64,000 nucleotides of DNA from Tetramitus jugosus (taxonomy: Eukaryota; Protista; Heterolobosea). This document shows positions 10,654-21,529 of this stretch, piece after piece. Under the pieces are notes generated by a model that worked only from the letters and a program-made list of their open reading frames with translations, ran no database searches and was not told where the DNA came from. The DNA lies in NCBI GenBank assembly GCA_937625935.1, contig OW569367.1, positions 124,001 through 188,000 of the forward strand, written 5' to 3'. The first letter of the stretch is position 1. Each line of letters starts with the position of its first letter. The position numbers and the translations under genes are program-made.

Positions 10654-13479
10654 ATGCAAACGTGGTTGCGACAACAAAAGAAGCACAGCGTAATGCTCGC
10701 TTCTTCTCACACACTCAAGCAACATTCATCATTATCTCCACTGTTGTTCATTCACATGACTCAATATCATTCACAGTGCACTCATCAATTCAACACTGCA
10801 ATCAATCCAATTCATCATAGACATCATGATGATATCAATGCCATCTATGGCAACATGAAGAATCATAATGGTGATGACGATGAGAAGCACATGTCAAAAT
10901 ATGCACAACACAAGGTGGATGGAATGATGATGGATCATGATGATGATGACCAAGCAGAATTGTCATCATCATCATCCTATTATGATCAAAATGGATATTA
11001 TTATGACATGATTCGAGATGAATATGCAAATGATGCTGATGATGTTGTGTTGGAACAATCCAATGATGAAACAACAAATGACACGAACAACAGTAACAAC
11101 AATGAAAATGATGATGATTATTGGAATGATGATACATTCATGAGTGACGATGATCTGAGAGCAGTAGCAAAGAGAAGCAAAAGGAGAACATCATCCATTG
11201 ATGAATTGTATGAGGATCATCAACAACCAATGAACAATAGCGATCAATCGAATCATCAAGTTGAAAAAGTGATTCATGGTTTGAGACAAAGACATCAATT
11301 GAAGAGTGCAATGGAACTGTACATGAAAACGACTCATTCATCAGATACAGTACAACAACAACAACAACAACGTAGTCGCAATCATCACCATCAACAAAAA
11401 CCTCTAGAGAGACCGCAACAACAAGTCACATTCCGTCCATCTGCCACTCTCATTTATCAACTATTGAAAGCATTGAGTAGTGAAAGTGTTTTGCACAATA
11501 ACAATAATTACAGATATAACAGTAGTAGTAGTAGTAGAGGAGGTAGTGGTGGTGATACGAGTGAAAAAATGAATCGCTCTTGGATTCAAAAACATGCAAA
11601 AATATTGTTGCATGATTTGTTCAACGACTCCATTGTCAATACTGCTTCAATTGAATATGAGGAGATGGCTGTCGATGAGAGTGGTGGTGATGGTGATGAT
11701 ATTGGCCTGAGTAGTAGTAGTAGTAGTAGCTCGAATGCTCTTCTTCGATTGAGATTTAGATCGTTGAGTCAGAGCATGACACTATTGAATGATTTTCATG
11801 CAAGTTTTGCACTGTTTGAACAATTGCTTCAATCTATTGATATGGCACCTGATGGTGACTTGCCGTCCAATGCACTCGAGAGACTGGAGAACAGATTAGG
11901 AGTGAGCCTATCGGATTTTCATGCCACAGTAGATTCATTGATGAATCAAGCTGTGAGTGCAGCAATTGAGAGCTCATCCAACAAGAGTTCAAGTGAGAGA
12001 TTGTGGGCCTCTGCTCAAGTAGCAATCGATCGTGTCACGACAGTTGATAGTCGAGCGTCATTTACAACACAAGAGCAAACACAAATCGTTTCCAAAACAT
12101 TGTCTCTCTATCAATTCTACAAGGATGTGATGAAGGTTCCACACCCGCGTGCACATCCAAGCACAGTCGTGGACAGAGTACTGGTGTCGAAACGAATGCT
12201 CTACTCGATCCTATCCTCTGTGATCAAGGTTACCAATGCGACACACTCAAACTTTATTATGAGAGTATGTGCGTTGGATTTGGATCGATACAACATGAGT
12301 GACCAAATGACTATGAGTGACTTGGAACTGATTGTTCAAGTGTGCATCAGATTGCGCATGCCACTCGGTTCATTCTTTGCTCTCTATGAAAAGAAGAAGA
12401 GATGGGCGAATGAGACTGGAAACCCATTTGAACCTACACCCCAGTTGTTAGAGTACATGGTCACTGCCTATGTTCAAAGTCGTTATCCGAACTCCATGGA
12501 GAGGTGTATTGAGATTGTGAATCAAATGCGTAACACTTATCACATGAATATTAGTCAACACGTGTTTACATCAATATTGAAGCTAATGATTAGCAAGGAT
12601 ATGTTTGCTGAAGCCTATTTGTTCTTTGAGTCAGCCAGGCAACATCTTACTGTTCGAAATGAAGATATCTCACCTACGTTGTGGTTCCAAATGATGCGAT
12701 GCTGTACTCAGGACAAGAATGTAGAACAAGCACGGATATATTTTAATGAAGCAATGAGCGGGAGAATAGATGCAAGTGTTGTGGTTGCTTACACCAACAT
12801 GATTACTCCGAGAGAGGCCGAAGAGTTGTTGCGTGGTCTGTTCTTCAACAATCCCTCACGGAAATATGAATTCATGCGCAATACACCCTTGCTCGTGGCT
12901 CAATACATTGAAATGGTGTTTTTAACAAAGGGTTTTGATGAGGCTTTTAAGCTGGCCAAGGTCTTGCTACCGAAAGTGATTGACTTTTCGAAATCGATGG
13001 GTAAGAATGTGTTGAATATTGCACCTATCCAAAACACGCTCATATCCATTTGTATCAAGAGCAAAGAATACAAGCGAGCTCGAAACATTTACAAGATGAT
13101 GAAACCAGAGCATCGTACCATTGGCACTTACAACAGAATGATTGTTGTGTGTAGTCGACTGGGAGACTTGCAAACAGGTATTAATCTCTTAAAGGAGATG
13201 ATCACATTCAAGTTGAAGATTGATGTCAACTTCCTCCACAATTACTTGGCAATGTTCGAGACAGCAGGTGACGGAAGAACGGGAAGGGCTCAATGGCAGT
13301 ACCTCTACGAACAAGTGCCATGGATTCGCAACGTGTTTAAACTGTCGGGAGAACTGAGAAACGAGGGTTGGGTCCATGACAGTGATAATGCCAATTTGCC
13401 TCTCATCGAAAAGAAGGTACGAGGCTTGGTCAATCTCTCCCTGTTCCCATCCTCTATCCATCCTGACATTGAAATATAA
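10654..13479 (+). CDS. Pentatricopeptide-repeat (PPR) protein, probably mitochondrial
   Basis: C-terminal PPR-like helices, e.g. TYNRMIVVCSRLGDLQTGINLLKEM and VFTSILKLMISKDMFAEAYLFF. The N-terminus is basic and acid-free like a presequence. First ATG at 10654. No DYW domain. Confidence 0.7.
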   Translation: MQTWLRQQKKHSVMLASSHTLKQHSSLSPLLFIHMTQYHSQCTHQFNTAINPIHHRHHDDINAIYGNMKNHNGDDDEKHMSKYAQHKVDGMMMDHDDDDQAELSSSSSYYDQNGYYYDMIRDEYANDADDVVLEQSNDETTNDTNNSNNNENDDDYWNDDTFMSDDDLRAVAKRSKRRTSSIDELYEDHQQPMNNSDQSNHQVEKVIHGLRQRHQLKSAMELYMKTTHSSDTVQQQQQQRSRNHHHQQKPLERPQQQVTFRPSATLIYQLLKALSSESVLHNNNNYRYNSSSSSRGGSGGDTSEKMNRSWIQKHAKILLHDLFNDSIVNTASIEYEEMAVDESGGDGDDIGLSSSSSSSSNALLRLRFRSLSQSMTLLNDFHASFALFEQLLQSIDMAPDGDLPSNALERLENRLGVSLSDFHATVDSLMNQAVSAAIESSSNKSSSERLWASAQVAIDRVTTVDSRASFTTQEQTQIVSKTLSLYQFYKDVMKVPHPRAHPSTVVDRVLVSKRMLYSILSSVIKVTNATHSNFIMRVCALDLDRYNMSDQMTMSDLELIVQVCIRLRMPLGSFFALYEKKKRWANETGNPFEPTPQLLEYMVTAYVQSRYPNSMERCIEIVNQMRNTYHMNISQHVFTSILKLMISKDMFAEAYLFFESARQHLTVRNEDISPTLWFQMMRCCTQDKNVEQARIYFNEAMSGRIDASVVVAYTNMITPREAEELLRGLFFNNPSRKYEFMRNTPLLVAQYIEMVFLTKGFDEAFKLAKVLLPKVIDFSKSMGKNVLNIAPIQNTLISICIKSKEYKRARNIYKMMKPEHRTIGTYNRMIVVCSRLGDLQTGINLLKEMITFKLKIDVNFLHNYLAMFETAGDGRTGRAQWQYLYEQVPWIRNVFKLSGELRNEGWVHDSDNANLPLIEKKVRGLVNLSLFPSSIHPDIEI

Positions 13480-13631
13480 CAAAAATGAACCATCATCAGC
13501 CCAACAATGCTGCCTGTCCTCAAAAAGATTGAACCTGTTTTTCGCAACTTGAACAAAAAATTTTCACCACCAACAAACAACAAAATCACACCATATCAAC
13601 ACCAAAGCGATTGAAATCCAGTAATTCGATC

Positions 13632-14990
13632 ATGGCCAAGCCAAAAAACAAGGGTAACAATCTCACCAAGAAACACAAGAAGCATCCACCACAAAAGAAT
13701 TTCTCCGGCGGCGGTGGCGGCAGTTCCAAAAAAAGAAAACGTGAAGATTCTCCGGATGCTGTTTCCTTTTCCAACAAGGGCAACTACGGTGCGAGCAAGA
13801 AGGCCAAGTCACAAAATGCACCATCTCGTGACTATGAGAATGATGAGCCTGCCTCTATTGTATACATTCGTCAACGAGTGCCCCATCGACGTCTTCTCTT
13901 CTTTATTGAACAAGCACTGATGAAGCACAACTTTGGTCTGCATAGACAACTGGATCCACCTCAAGTGCAAGTCTCTCCACAGCACAATCAACTCATGTTG
14001 AGCTTCTCTGGTGCCAATCATGCCAAAAAGTGTGTCAATCTATTGAATGCACTATTGCCAGTCAATCATACGAGTGATGGAAGTGGTGGTGGTGGTGGTG
14101 GCAGTAGTGGCAGTGGTGGAGGAAGTGGCAACAGTGGTACCTCTTCTGAACAAACAAACTTTACAGCTGAAGTTGCTCCCATCTGCATTGGTGATCTCGT
14201 TGTGCTGCCACCTAGCTTGTACACGAGCATGGGTCAGTTTGGTCCCATTGTTCTCTGCTGGAGAATCAATGAAACTCTCTCATTTATCAATGTAGAGAAT
14301 TTAAGAGTAGGTGAAATTACTTCCTATCACTACTTTAACACCAAGGACAGCAATCAAAAAACATTCCGATCTCTAATGACGGACAAGAATTTGATTGAGT
14401 ACACTGTGATTGATGTAGAAAAGGTGATGACAACAAAGGGCAACAATAATGATAGAGTTGTGTTCAAGAATGGAAAATTCGAATTGGCTGAAGTATCCAT
14501 CTGCAAGACGAGTGAACTGGGTCAGAGCGATGCCATTATTCAAGTCAAGAGTCACTTGGGTGCAGTTCTTCAAGCAGGTGACAGAGTATTGGGATATGAT
14601 TTACAGAATGCCAACTTGAATAATGAACATTTGGAAGGCAGTGCATACAAGCATGTCAATCTACCTGATGTTGTTCTCGTGAGAAAGATTTATGACAAGC
14701 CAAAGAGAAGATACTGGTTGTTGAAGCCAGGTGCTGTCCATGCATGCTCCAACGATGAAGATTATGAGCAATTTTTGGACGAGTTGGAAGATGATGAAGA
14801 AATGAGAAAGAAGGTGAACATGTACCGTGATCCTAACTATGCCAAGAAGAATCCACAACTCGAATCAGTAGGTGATGATGATGATGAAATTGTAGATGGT
14901 GATGGTGATGTTGAATTGGAAGATGGATGGAAGAATGTACCTCATGTGCGCCTGGAGGAATTGTTGGACAGCTTGTCACTCTCCTTCTGA
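13632..14990 (+). CDS. NMD3: NMD3-like 60S export adaptor lacking the N-terminal zinc-binding domain
   Basis: IRQRVPHRR, EVAPICIGDLVVLP, KSHLGAVLQAGDRVLGYD, PDVVLVRK and DYEQFLDELEDD..R match the NMD3 central and C-terminal regions. Confidence 0.82.
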   Translation: MAKPKNKGNNLTKKHKKHPPQKNFSGGGGGSSKKRKREDSPDAVSFSNKGNYGASKKAKSQNAPSRDYENDEPASIVYIRQRVPHRRLLFFIEQALMKHNFGLHRQLDPPQVQVSPQHNQLMLSFSGANHAKKCVNLLNALLPVNHTSDGSGGGGGGSSGSGGGSGNSGTSSEQTNFTAEVAPICIGDLVVLPPSLYTSMGQFGPIVLCWRINETLSFINVENLRVGEITSYHYFNTKDSNQKTFRSLMTDKNLIEYTVIDVEKVMTTKGNNNDRVVFKNGKFELAEVSICKTSELGQSDAIIQVKSHLGAVLQAGDRVLGYDLQNANLNNEHLEGSAYKHVNLPDVVLVRKIYDKPKRRYWLLKPGAVHACSNDEDYEQFLDELEDDEEMRKKVNMYRDPNYAKKNPQLESVGDDDDEIVDGDGDVELEDGWKNVPHVRLEELLDSLSLSF

Positions 14991-15550
14991 GTGAGAGACC
15001 CAACATTCCATCATGAATCAGAAACACACAATACAATAAAGATAATCTGCCACAGTCTCCGACGACACTGAAAGGTATTCATTACCAATTTTGCTCAATT
15101 GGAATTCCTGTGGCGGACCTTGTCAAGGAATGCGTTTGCGACAGGTTGTCCTTTCGCTTTCCGTAACTCTGCCGCCACACGCCCCAAAAAAACGCAATTA
15201 GAACGTGCTTCCCGGAACAAAAAAAATCCAACATTACGCTTCAGAAGAACGCTGCCAAGCTGTGAGCCGGACCACGACAATATATCAACAACAATAACAA
15301 ACCCACCCATTCTACGTATCCTCATCACCTCCACCATCATTTTTTTTCTGCACCTTATTGAACATATTCTATTGATCTGGCAACATAAAGCAAGGTCATT
15401 TATCATGCTGCTGATCTCACAACAACAACAACAACAACAACAAGAAGAAGAAGTGTCATTTTGATCATCTATTCCTCCTCCTCTATATTTTTTACATATT
15501 TATTGCCCTTCCAACGATACACCACCATATATCAATCATCATAAGCAGTC

Positions 15551-18500
15551 ATGAGTTCCCATAATCACCATCACCATCATCATTATAATCATCATCATCA
15601 CAATCAACAGCAACACCACAATAGTAGTAGTAGTAGTACTAGTAGTCATAACAATCATCATAATCCTGTGCATAATCCTCATCAGTATCATCATCACCAT
15701 CCAATTCAACAACAACAACAACAGCAACAGCACCCTACACACCATCCTATACACCACCATGGTGATGAACAACGCATGAACAAAACACCTTCTCCCACCA
15801 TAATGCCCCACCATCATCATCATCATCATCACTCTAATCCTAGTCCGATATCATCATCACCTCCACCACCACAATCACAACCACCACAGGTACAAACAGA
15901 TGAGAGTATTGCATTGGCAGAGGACGATTATGTGATGAGTGAGTGGCAGAGAGGATTCGAAATGGCTACTCAAGCATCCAAGAGTGATGATGCCAAGGAA
16001 GTTTGTACACGAAGTCTGTACATTGAATCGATTGAAGTCTTGTTGACACTGAAGCGAAGATTTAATTTGATGGATGTGTGTCTCAATCAACTATTGATGT
16101 TTATGATTGAACGAGCAGAGCAACAACCATCATTTCCACTGTTATCATCATCCCCTTCTCCTACACCATTATCTTTTTCATCTACTGCATCGACTGCATC
16201 TTCCTCTACTTCTTCATTGTCAGTGAAGTCATCTCTATCATCCATTTTCAAGAGAAAGAGTTCCATTGGCCATCATCATACTCACAATAATAGTAGTGAT
16301 GATCATGATGGTAGTTTACTCTCTGTTCCCAAATCAAGTAGTAGTAGTAGTATGAGTAGTATGAGTGGTATGAGTAGTAAGATGTTATCATCACCGAGAT
16401 CACCATTGTCCTCTGGTGTTTATCATGGTGTGGGACCTCATCCCACGAGCACTGCTGCTGCTACTACTTCAAATATATTCAGTAGTGGTGGTGGTGGTAG
16501 CAGTGAAAGTTGTGGAAAGTTTGTGACGGAAAAGATTGCTGCGTTCACAACAGCGAGAGCCATTTCGTTTGATGAGAAAAAGTGTTTGGCCAATGCGTAT
16601 GAGTGGTACATGTTATCTGCTCATTTTTCTGTGGATCTAGTGGGCAAATACATGCCCCACAATGCTTCTCTCAAGCGCAACATCATGTCAGTGATGGATC
16701 GTATCGATCAGTTGAAACCGTTCAAGAGACAACGACAGTACAATCCACTGTTGGACATGTCAATCAACATTGTGTCCAATATGCCAACAAAGAGTGAGAT
16801 TAAGGTATTGAGAGAGACGTCGACCATTAATCAATCAGTTTATCTACCATTTACGTCGAGTGATGAAGAAGAGGCAAACAAGAATGCCTATGCAATGCCC
16901 GTGTCCAAAGATTCAATGTTCTCAGATCCCATGGGAATGATTCACTTGAGTGTCAATCAAAAGAAGCGATTTCACAGTTGGAAGAGACCCAGTGAGTTCA
17001 TGTCGAATCATCCCAAGGTACTCACATTCCCATCTGCACTCTCTGTTCGTCAATCTGTGATCACAAATTGTTCCCTCGTGTCATCGCTGTGTGTTGCTGC
17101 CGCGTACGAACAAAAGTTTAATATGCCGTTGGTAACTAGTCTCATCTATCCACAGAGAAACGGGAAACCAGTGTACAGTCCCAGTGGAAAATATTTGATC
17201 AAGTTGCATTTTAATGCTGTGCCTCGAAAGGTGATCATTGATGACTACATTCCAGTCGATGCAAGCAACAACATTTTATGTACGCACAGTACGACAATGG
17301 ATCTTTGGCCTACGTTGATCGAGAAGGCATACATGAAACTGCACGGTGGCTACAGTTTCCCTGGTTCGAATTCTGCAATTGATTTGCATGTTCTGACTGG
17401 ATGGTATCCGGAGCAGATTGTGTTTCCTAAGTCGAAAAAACAACAGCAACCACCGTTTGATATATCGAGTGTGTGGACTCGTGTGACTGATGGATGGAAA
17501 CTAGGTGCATGTCTGATGACTGTGAGCACAGGTGTCGATAAGAGCATAGAAAGTGTAGGTCTGGAGACAAATCATGCGTATGCTGTCATGGATGTCGTTT
17601 CTACTTCCTGTGGCAAGCGATTGTTGCAGGTGAAGAATCCGTGGATGAAGCGACGGTGGAATGGACGATACAGTCCCAATGATTCACAGAACTGGACACC
17701 CAGTTTACAACGAGAACTGAACTATGACATGTTGGGTGAACTACAGCAGGACAATGGTATATTTTGGATTGATTTAGAATCGTTGATGCAATATTTTGCT
17801 GTCATGCACTTGTCATGGAATCCTAGGTTGTTTAAATTCAGGCGCACAGTGCACGAACAGTGGGACACGTCTCAACGCAGTTCGCTGTGTCGATTGGATC
17901 ACTTCTCAATCGGATGGAATCCGCAGTATAGAGTGCGCATATTTGGTAGTAGTTCATTTTGGGTCATGCTGCACAAGCATTGGACATCGATGGAGCAACG
18001 TAATATCGATTTCATAACGTTTCATGTGTACAAATTAGATCAGAGACAAAACAAGTTTACTAGGTTGGTTGTGGACGATGATTGCCAAGTGATTAGTCAA
18101 GGCCAATATATCAATGATCCTCATTACAGAGTGTGCATCAACACTCCCAAGGAGGATTTGTGGCACGAGTACATGATTGTCATATCGCAATTCAAGGAAC
18201 TATCGCCAATCACATTCTCTCTCAATGTGGCCAGCGTGCAGGACTGTACGCTGGATGCTGTGCCGTACATTGATCAGAGACCACCATCACAAGTGATTGT
18301 ATGCAGTGGGCAATGGGATCAATATCATTGTGGTGGCAGTGTCAATGATGCTGTCACATATAGGAACAATCCTCAGTATCTGCTCACTGTGTCAGAGAGA
18401 GCCGCAAGTGTTCGTCTGTGGTTGGATACGGATTCTGAGGCAGTGTTTGTCAACATCATGGTCTTCAAGAACAATGGCCAGCGAGTTGAACTGCCCGTCG

Positions 18501-18682
18501 ATCGTATTCTCTATGCCACGAGTGGAAAGTATAGACAAGGATTCTGTGCATGCACAATGGAACGAGTAGAACCAAATGAGAGTCTCACAGTTGTTGTCTC
18601 CACGTTCCAGCGCAATCAATACGCGAGATTCAATCTGTGGGCCGAAACAAACGATGTGCCAGTGTTTCTGGACGCCATATAA
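15551..18682 (+). CDS. CAPN7: Calpain-7/PalB-like cysteine protease
   Basis: Catalytic motifs QSVITNCSLVSSL, NHAYAV and VKNPW; EKAYMKLHGGYSFPGSNS; two domain-III repeats (NPQY); degenerate MIT-like helices upstream. Confidence 0.9.
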   Translation: MSSHNHHHHHHYNHHHHNQQQHHNSSSSSTSSHNNHHNPVHNPHQYHHHHPIQQQQQQQQHPTHHPIHHHGDEQRMNKTPSPTIMPHHHHHHHHSNPSPISSSPPPPQSQPPQVQTDESIALAEDDYVMSEWQRGFEMATQASKSDDAKEVCTRSLYIESIEVLLTLKRRFNLMDVCLNQLLMFMIERAEQQPSFPLLSSSPSPTPLSFSSTASTASSSTSSLSVKSSLSSIFKRKSSIGHHHTHNNSSDDHDGSLLSVPKSSSSSSMSSMSGMSSKMLSSPRSPLSSGVYHGVGPHPTSTAAATTSNIFSSGGGGSSESCGKFVTEKIAAFTTARAISFDEKKCLANAYEWYMLSAHFSVDLVGKYMPHNASLKRNIMSVMDRIDQLKPFKRQRQYNPLLDMSINIVSNMPTKSEIKVLRETSTINQSVYLPFTSSDEEEANKNAYAMPVSKDSMFSDPMGMIHLSVNQKKRFHSWKRPSEFMSNHPKVLTFPSALSVRQSVITNCSLVSSLCVAAAYEQKFNMPLVTSLIYPQRNGKPVYSPSGKYLIKLHFNAVPRKVIIDDYIPVDASNNILCTHSTTMDLWPTLIEKAYMKLHGGYSFPGSNSAIDLHVLTGWYPEQIVFPKSKKQQQPPFDISSVWTRVTDGWKLGACLMTVSTGVDKSIESVGLETNHAYAVMDVVSTSCGKRLLQVKNPWMKRRWNGRYSPNDSQNWTPSLQRELNYDMLGELQQDNGIFWIDLESLMQYFAVMHLSWNPRLFKFRRTVHEQWDTSQRSSLCRLDHFSIGWNPQYRVRIFGSSSFWVMLHKHWTSMEQRNIDFITFHVYKLDQRQNKFTRLVVDDDCQVISQGQYINDPHYRVCINTPKEDLWHEYMIVISQFKELSPITFSLNVASVQDCTLDAVPYIDQRPPSQVIVCSGQWDQYHCGGSVNDAVTYRNNPQYLLTVSERAASVRLWLDTDSEAVFVNIMVFKNNGQRVELPVDRILYATSGKYRQGFCACTMERVEPNESLTVVVSTFQRNQYARFNLWAETNDVPVFLDAI

Positions 18683-18763
18683 AAACAACCAATTTTTTCT
18701 CGCAATAAAGTGAGCATCGTGATTTACACACGACGTGATCTATCACGGAATTGTTTCAATCAT

Positions 18764-19843
18764 TCACATAATCATGATTTGTCCATCTCGTATCAATCGA
18801 TTCCTCTCTCTCACCTTCCACAGTTCATACTCTTGATCTCGTTCACTTTCATCGTCATAATCATCAGGCATCTCTTCATGTCCGTGCATGGAACCATTCA
18901 TTGCTGCACTCTCTGCTGCTTCTCTCTCCTGCCTTACCATTTCATTCACCATTTGCTTTGTTTGTTCCACTCTCATTGCTTCCATCTCTCTCTTTGATTG
19001 TTCCCGTTCTAGTAACTGGTTCTCCAATTCTGCTTCATCTTGAATCGTTGTTCGTTTGTCCTTTGGTATGAACACTGGTTTTATCATCATTGCTATTGTA
19101 TTTGATTCATCTTGTTCATCACTTTCTTCTTCATCATCATCATCATCACTTTCTTGTTCATCATCTTCTTGTTCATTGTAATAATGCTGATTCATATTCT
19201 CTCTTGAACCAATCTCATCATACTCATCATCATCATCATTATTATCCTTGTGGTGAATAGTGGATGATGATAGTGATGATAGTGATGATGATGCAACAAT
19301 CGTATCATGACTTGTTGATTGTTGATTTGTCAATGATTGTAGAAAATGTTGTGATTCTTTTGATAATTGTTGTTGTTGTTGTGTTTGAGAGATGTTGGTT
19401 GATGATGATGATTTCATTTGTCGAATCATCTTGAGTCTTCTTCTCCTACGTGTTATTTCATCATCATCATCATTATCATTCCCATCAGAATCAGAATCAC
19501 TACTACTACTACTACTACCACTATTGCTATCATCATCATCTGATGAACTGGAACTGTATTGCATGGATTTCTTGGACAGTACTTGAGCAATCGGTTGTTG
19601 TTGATTTGATTTTGAACCAACATCATGACGAGCGATTATTGGTGTGTCAGCTGATGGTGATAAAGTTGTATGTCGTATGGTGGGTTGTTGCTGTTGTTTT
19701 GATCTTGTTGTTTTTGTGGTTGTTTCATCGACACATAATTCCTCTTCATCCATTCCGATTCCAATAGAGGAGGAAGGGGCAACACCTGCTCTCAATCGTC
19801 TGACACGAGGACCAGATGTTTTTGTTGTTGATCTGTTGGACAT
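18764..19843 (-). CDS. MFAP1: MFAP1/Spp381-like spliceosomal B-complex protein, C-terminally short
   Basis: RVRRLRAG, KPVFIPKDKRTTI and EYELWKVRERNRLIRD match MFAP1. The ORF stops right after the last motif. Confidence 0.78.
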   Translation of the reverse strand: MSNRSTTKTSGPRVRRLRAGVAPSSSIGIGMDEEELCVDETTTKTTRSKQQQQPTIRHTTLSPSADTPIIARHDVGSKSNQQQPIAQVLSKKSMQYSSSSSDDDDSNSGSSSSSSDSDSDGNDNDDDDEITRRRRRLKMIRQMKSSSSTNISQTQQQQQLSKESQHFLQSLTNQQSTSHDTIVASSSLSSLSSSTIHHKDNNDDDDEYDEIGSRENMNQHYYNEQEDDEQESDDDDDEEESDEQDESNTIAMMIKPVFIPKDKRTTIQDEAELENQLLEREQSKREMEAMRVEQTKQMVNEMVRQEREAAESAAMNGSMHGHEEMPDDYDDESERDQEYELWKVRERNRLIRDGQIMIM

Positions 19844-19933
19844 TCTTTTGTTTTGCTTTTGATTCTTTACCTCCCGCACAAAACGCAAAAAGAATGTCCC
19901 TTGTTCATAAACGGAACACGCAAGCAAGACTTG

Positions 19934-19939
19934 AAAAAA
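19934..19939 (-). terminator. Pol III terminator (T6) of the tRNA-Val gene
   Basis: TTTTTT on the minus strand a few nt downstream of the tRNA 3' end. Confidence 0.75.
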
Positions 19940-19943
19940 CGAT

Positions 19944-20017
19944 TACGATTGACCGGGATCGAACCGGCGACCTTGAGCGTGTTAAGCTCACGATCTAACC
20001 AACTGATCTACAACCGC
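19944..20017 (-). tRNA. tRNA-Val (AAC)
   Basis: Acceptor GCGGTTG/CAATCGT plus discriminator A; D-arm GATC-AGTTGGTTA-GATC; anticodon arm TGAGC-TTAACAC-GCTCA; T-arm GCCGG-TTCGATC-CCGGT. Confidence 0.93.
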
Positions 20018-20551
20018 TTACATTTAATTTCTTTTTAGCGTTTTCTGCCGCAGAAACATCGACTAAATAGCATGAACTGATCCACTCCGTCTTGAATCAT
20101 TTCAGATGTATCTTACTTCTTACGTAGAAACTTCGCTTCCTTGGGATGCAACATTGATAACTTTTACTTGAACGTTGAAGCTTCTATTATTTCTTGCCCA
20201 GACACAAAAAAAGCCTATGCGAAAAGCACTGACATGGGGCTCGTTCCCTCGATTCTCTGAAATAGCCGAATGTTTTGTCAAGGAATTCCAGAAATCATCC
20301 AGCAAGACCAATAATAGGAGATCATGACGAAAGGATTCCAGATTTCACGTGTTGGAACGGATTCTTTGGATGATTGAACTCTGAGCTAAAAGGAAACTCC
20401 AGGATACCACGCCGTTCTGAATTTAAAGATTGGATAGCTGTCGAAACCTACTTGCCTAAGTAGACCAGACAAAACACATCACATTTCATACAAGCAGTAT
20501 CATACTTAGTTGGATACATTACCCATAAGACTCGGGAATCTATTACAAGAT

Positions 20552-21250
20552 ATGGTTCTTCTCTCCAATGACTACTCAGGCAACTCATCATCATTCGCCG
20601 CTATTGGTGCCCTTTCCAACCAACCATCAATCTCAAAATCAACAACCTCATTGGTCGATACTGTCATGGAGACTTGTTGTTCTTCTGAGTCCACAGAATT
20701 CTGTTCTGTGACACATTCATCAATGAAAGAGGTTCCATTCTTCATGAAACCTGAAACTATCATGAGTACAACTCCCAGTTCTTCCCCATGTGGAGTTAAT
20801 TATTCTCCCTCTCCAGATTGCTCTCCCTCCACTCCTTCCTTGAATCAAGCAGCCACACGCACAACAGTGAACAAGAGAAGTACTAGGAAGAGAGACAACC
20901 ATACTCGAAGGTTCAACAAGTCCTCTCCAGTGTCTCCCAGTGAGAAGAAGATTTTGATTGATAAGAAGCAGATGGAAAGATATTATTATTATCCTCAACC
21001 AACAGCAGCCAAGTTACTAGGTGTGTCATTGTCCACTCTCAAGAGGCGATACTATGAGATCGTTGGACACAGAAGATGGCCTTATCCCGATATGAAAAGA
21101 CTGTTGAAGAAGAAAACCATTTCTTATATTGTACATGACAAGGACAAGCCAACGAAGCAACTGGATCCCCATACGTTGCACGTACTCAAGAAGGCATTCT
21201 CCCAGTCAACCCAACCCAATTCTCAGAGACTTGGTTGTCCGGAAGAATAA
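20552..21250 (+). CDS. RWP-RK domain transcription factor
   Basis: IDKKQMERYYYYPQPTAAKLLGVSLSTLKRRYYEIVGHRRWPY fits the RWP-RK consensus. First in-frame ATG at 20552. Confidence 0.85.
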   Translation: MVLLSNDYSGNSSSFAAIGALSNQPSISKSTTSLVDTVMETCCSSESTEFCSVTHSSMKEVPFFMKPETIMSTTPSSSPCGVNYSPSPDCSPSTPSLNQAATRTTVNKRSTRKRDNHTRRFNKSSPVSPSEKKILIDKKQMERYYYYPQPTAAKLLGVSLSTLKRRYYEIVGHRRWPYPDMKRLLKKKTISYIVHDKDKPTKQLDPHTLHVLKKAFSQSTQPNSQRLGCPEE

Positions 21251-21529
21251 GTTCAACACCACCATTACTTTCTGAACATCAAATGAAGGTTCATTGAGGT
21301 GAGAATTGGTTGCTAGTACTCGAGTATGACTGACCTTCTATGGTTCATCGAAAATGCACATCAAACCATGCAAGAGAGAAGGTATCCCCGAAAGAAAAGT
21401 GAGTTGGTTCAACATGGTTGTTTTACTTCTACAAATGAAAGAGTTCCCCTTTTTTATTTCCTTATTATGCTTGTTGTTGTTGTTGTATTCAGTATCATTG
21501 TGAAAAAATCAAAAGTCAACAAAAAAAAA

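Noticed and set aside
10654-13479. PPR protein as a DYW-type RNA-editing factor
   Set aside because: No HxE...CxxC deaminase motif or DYW terminus.
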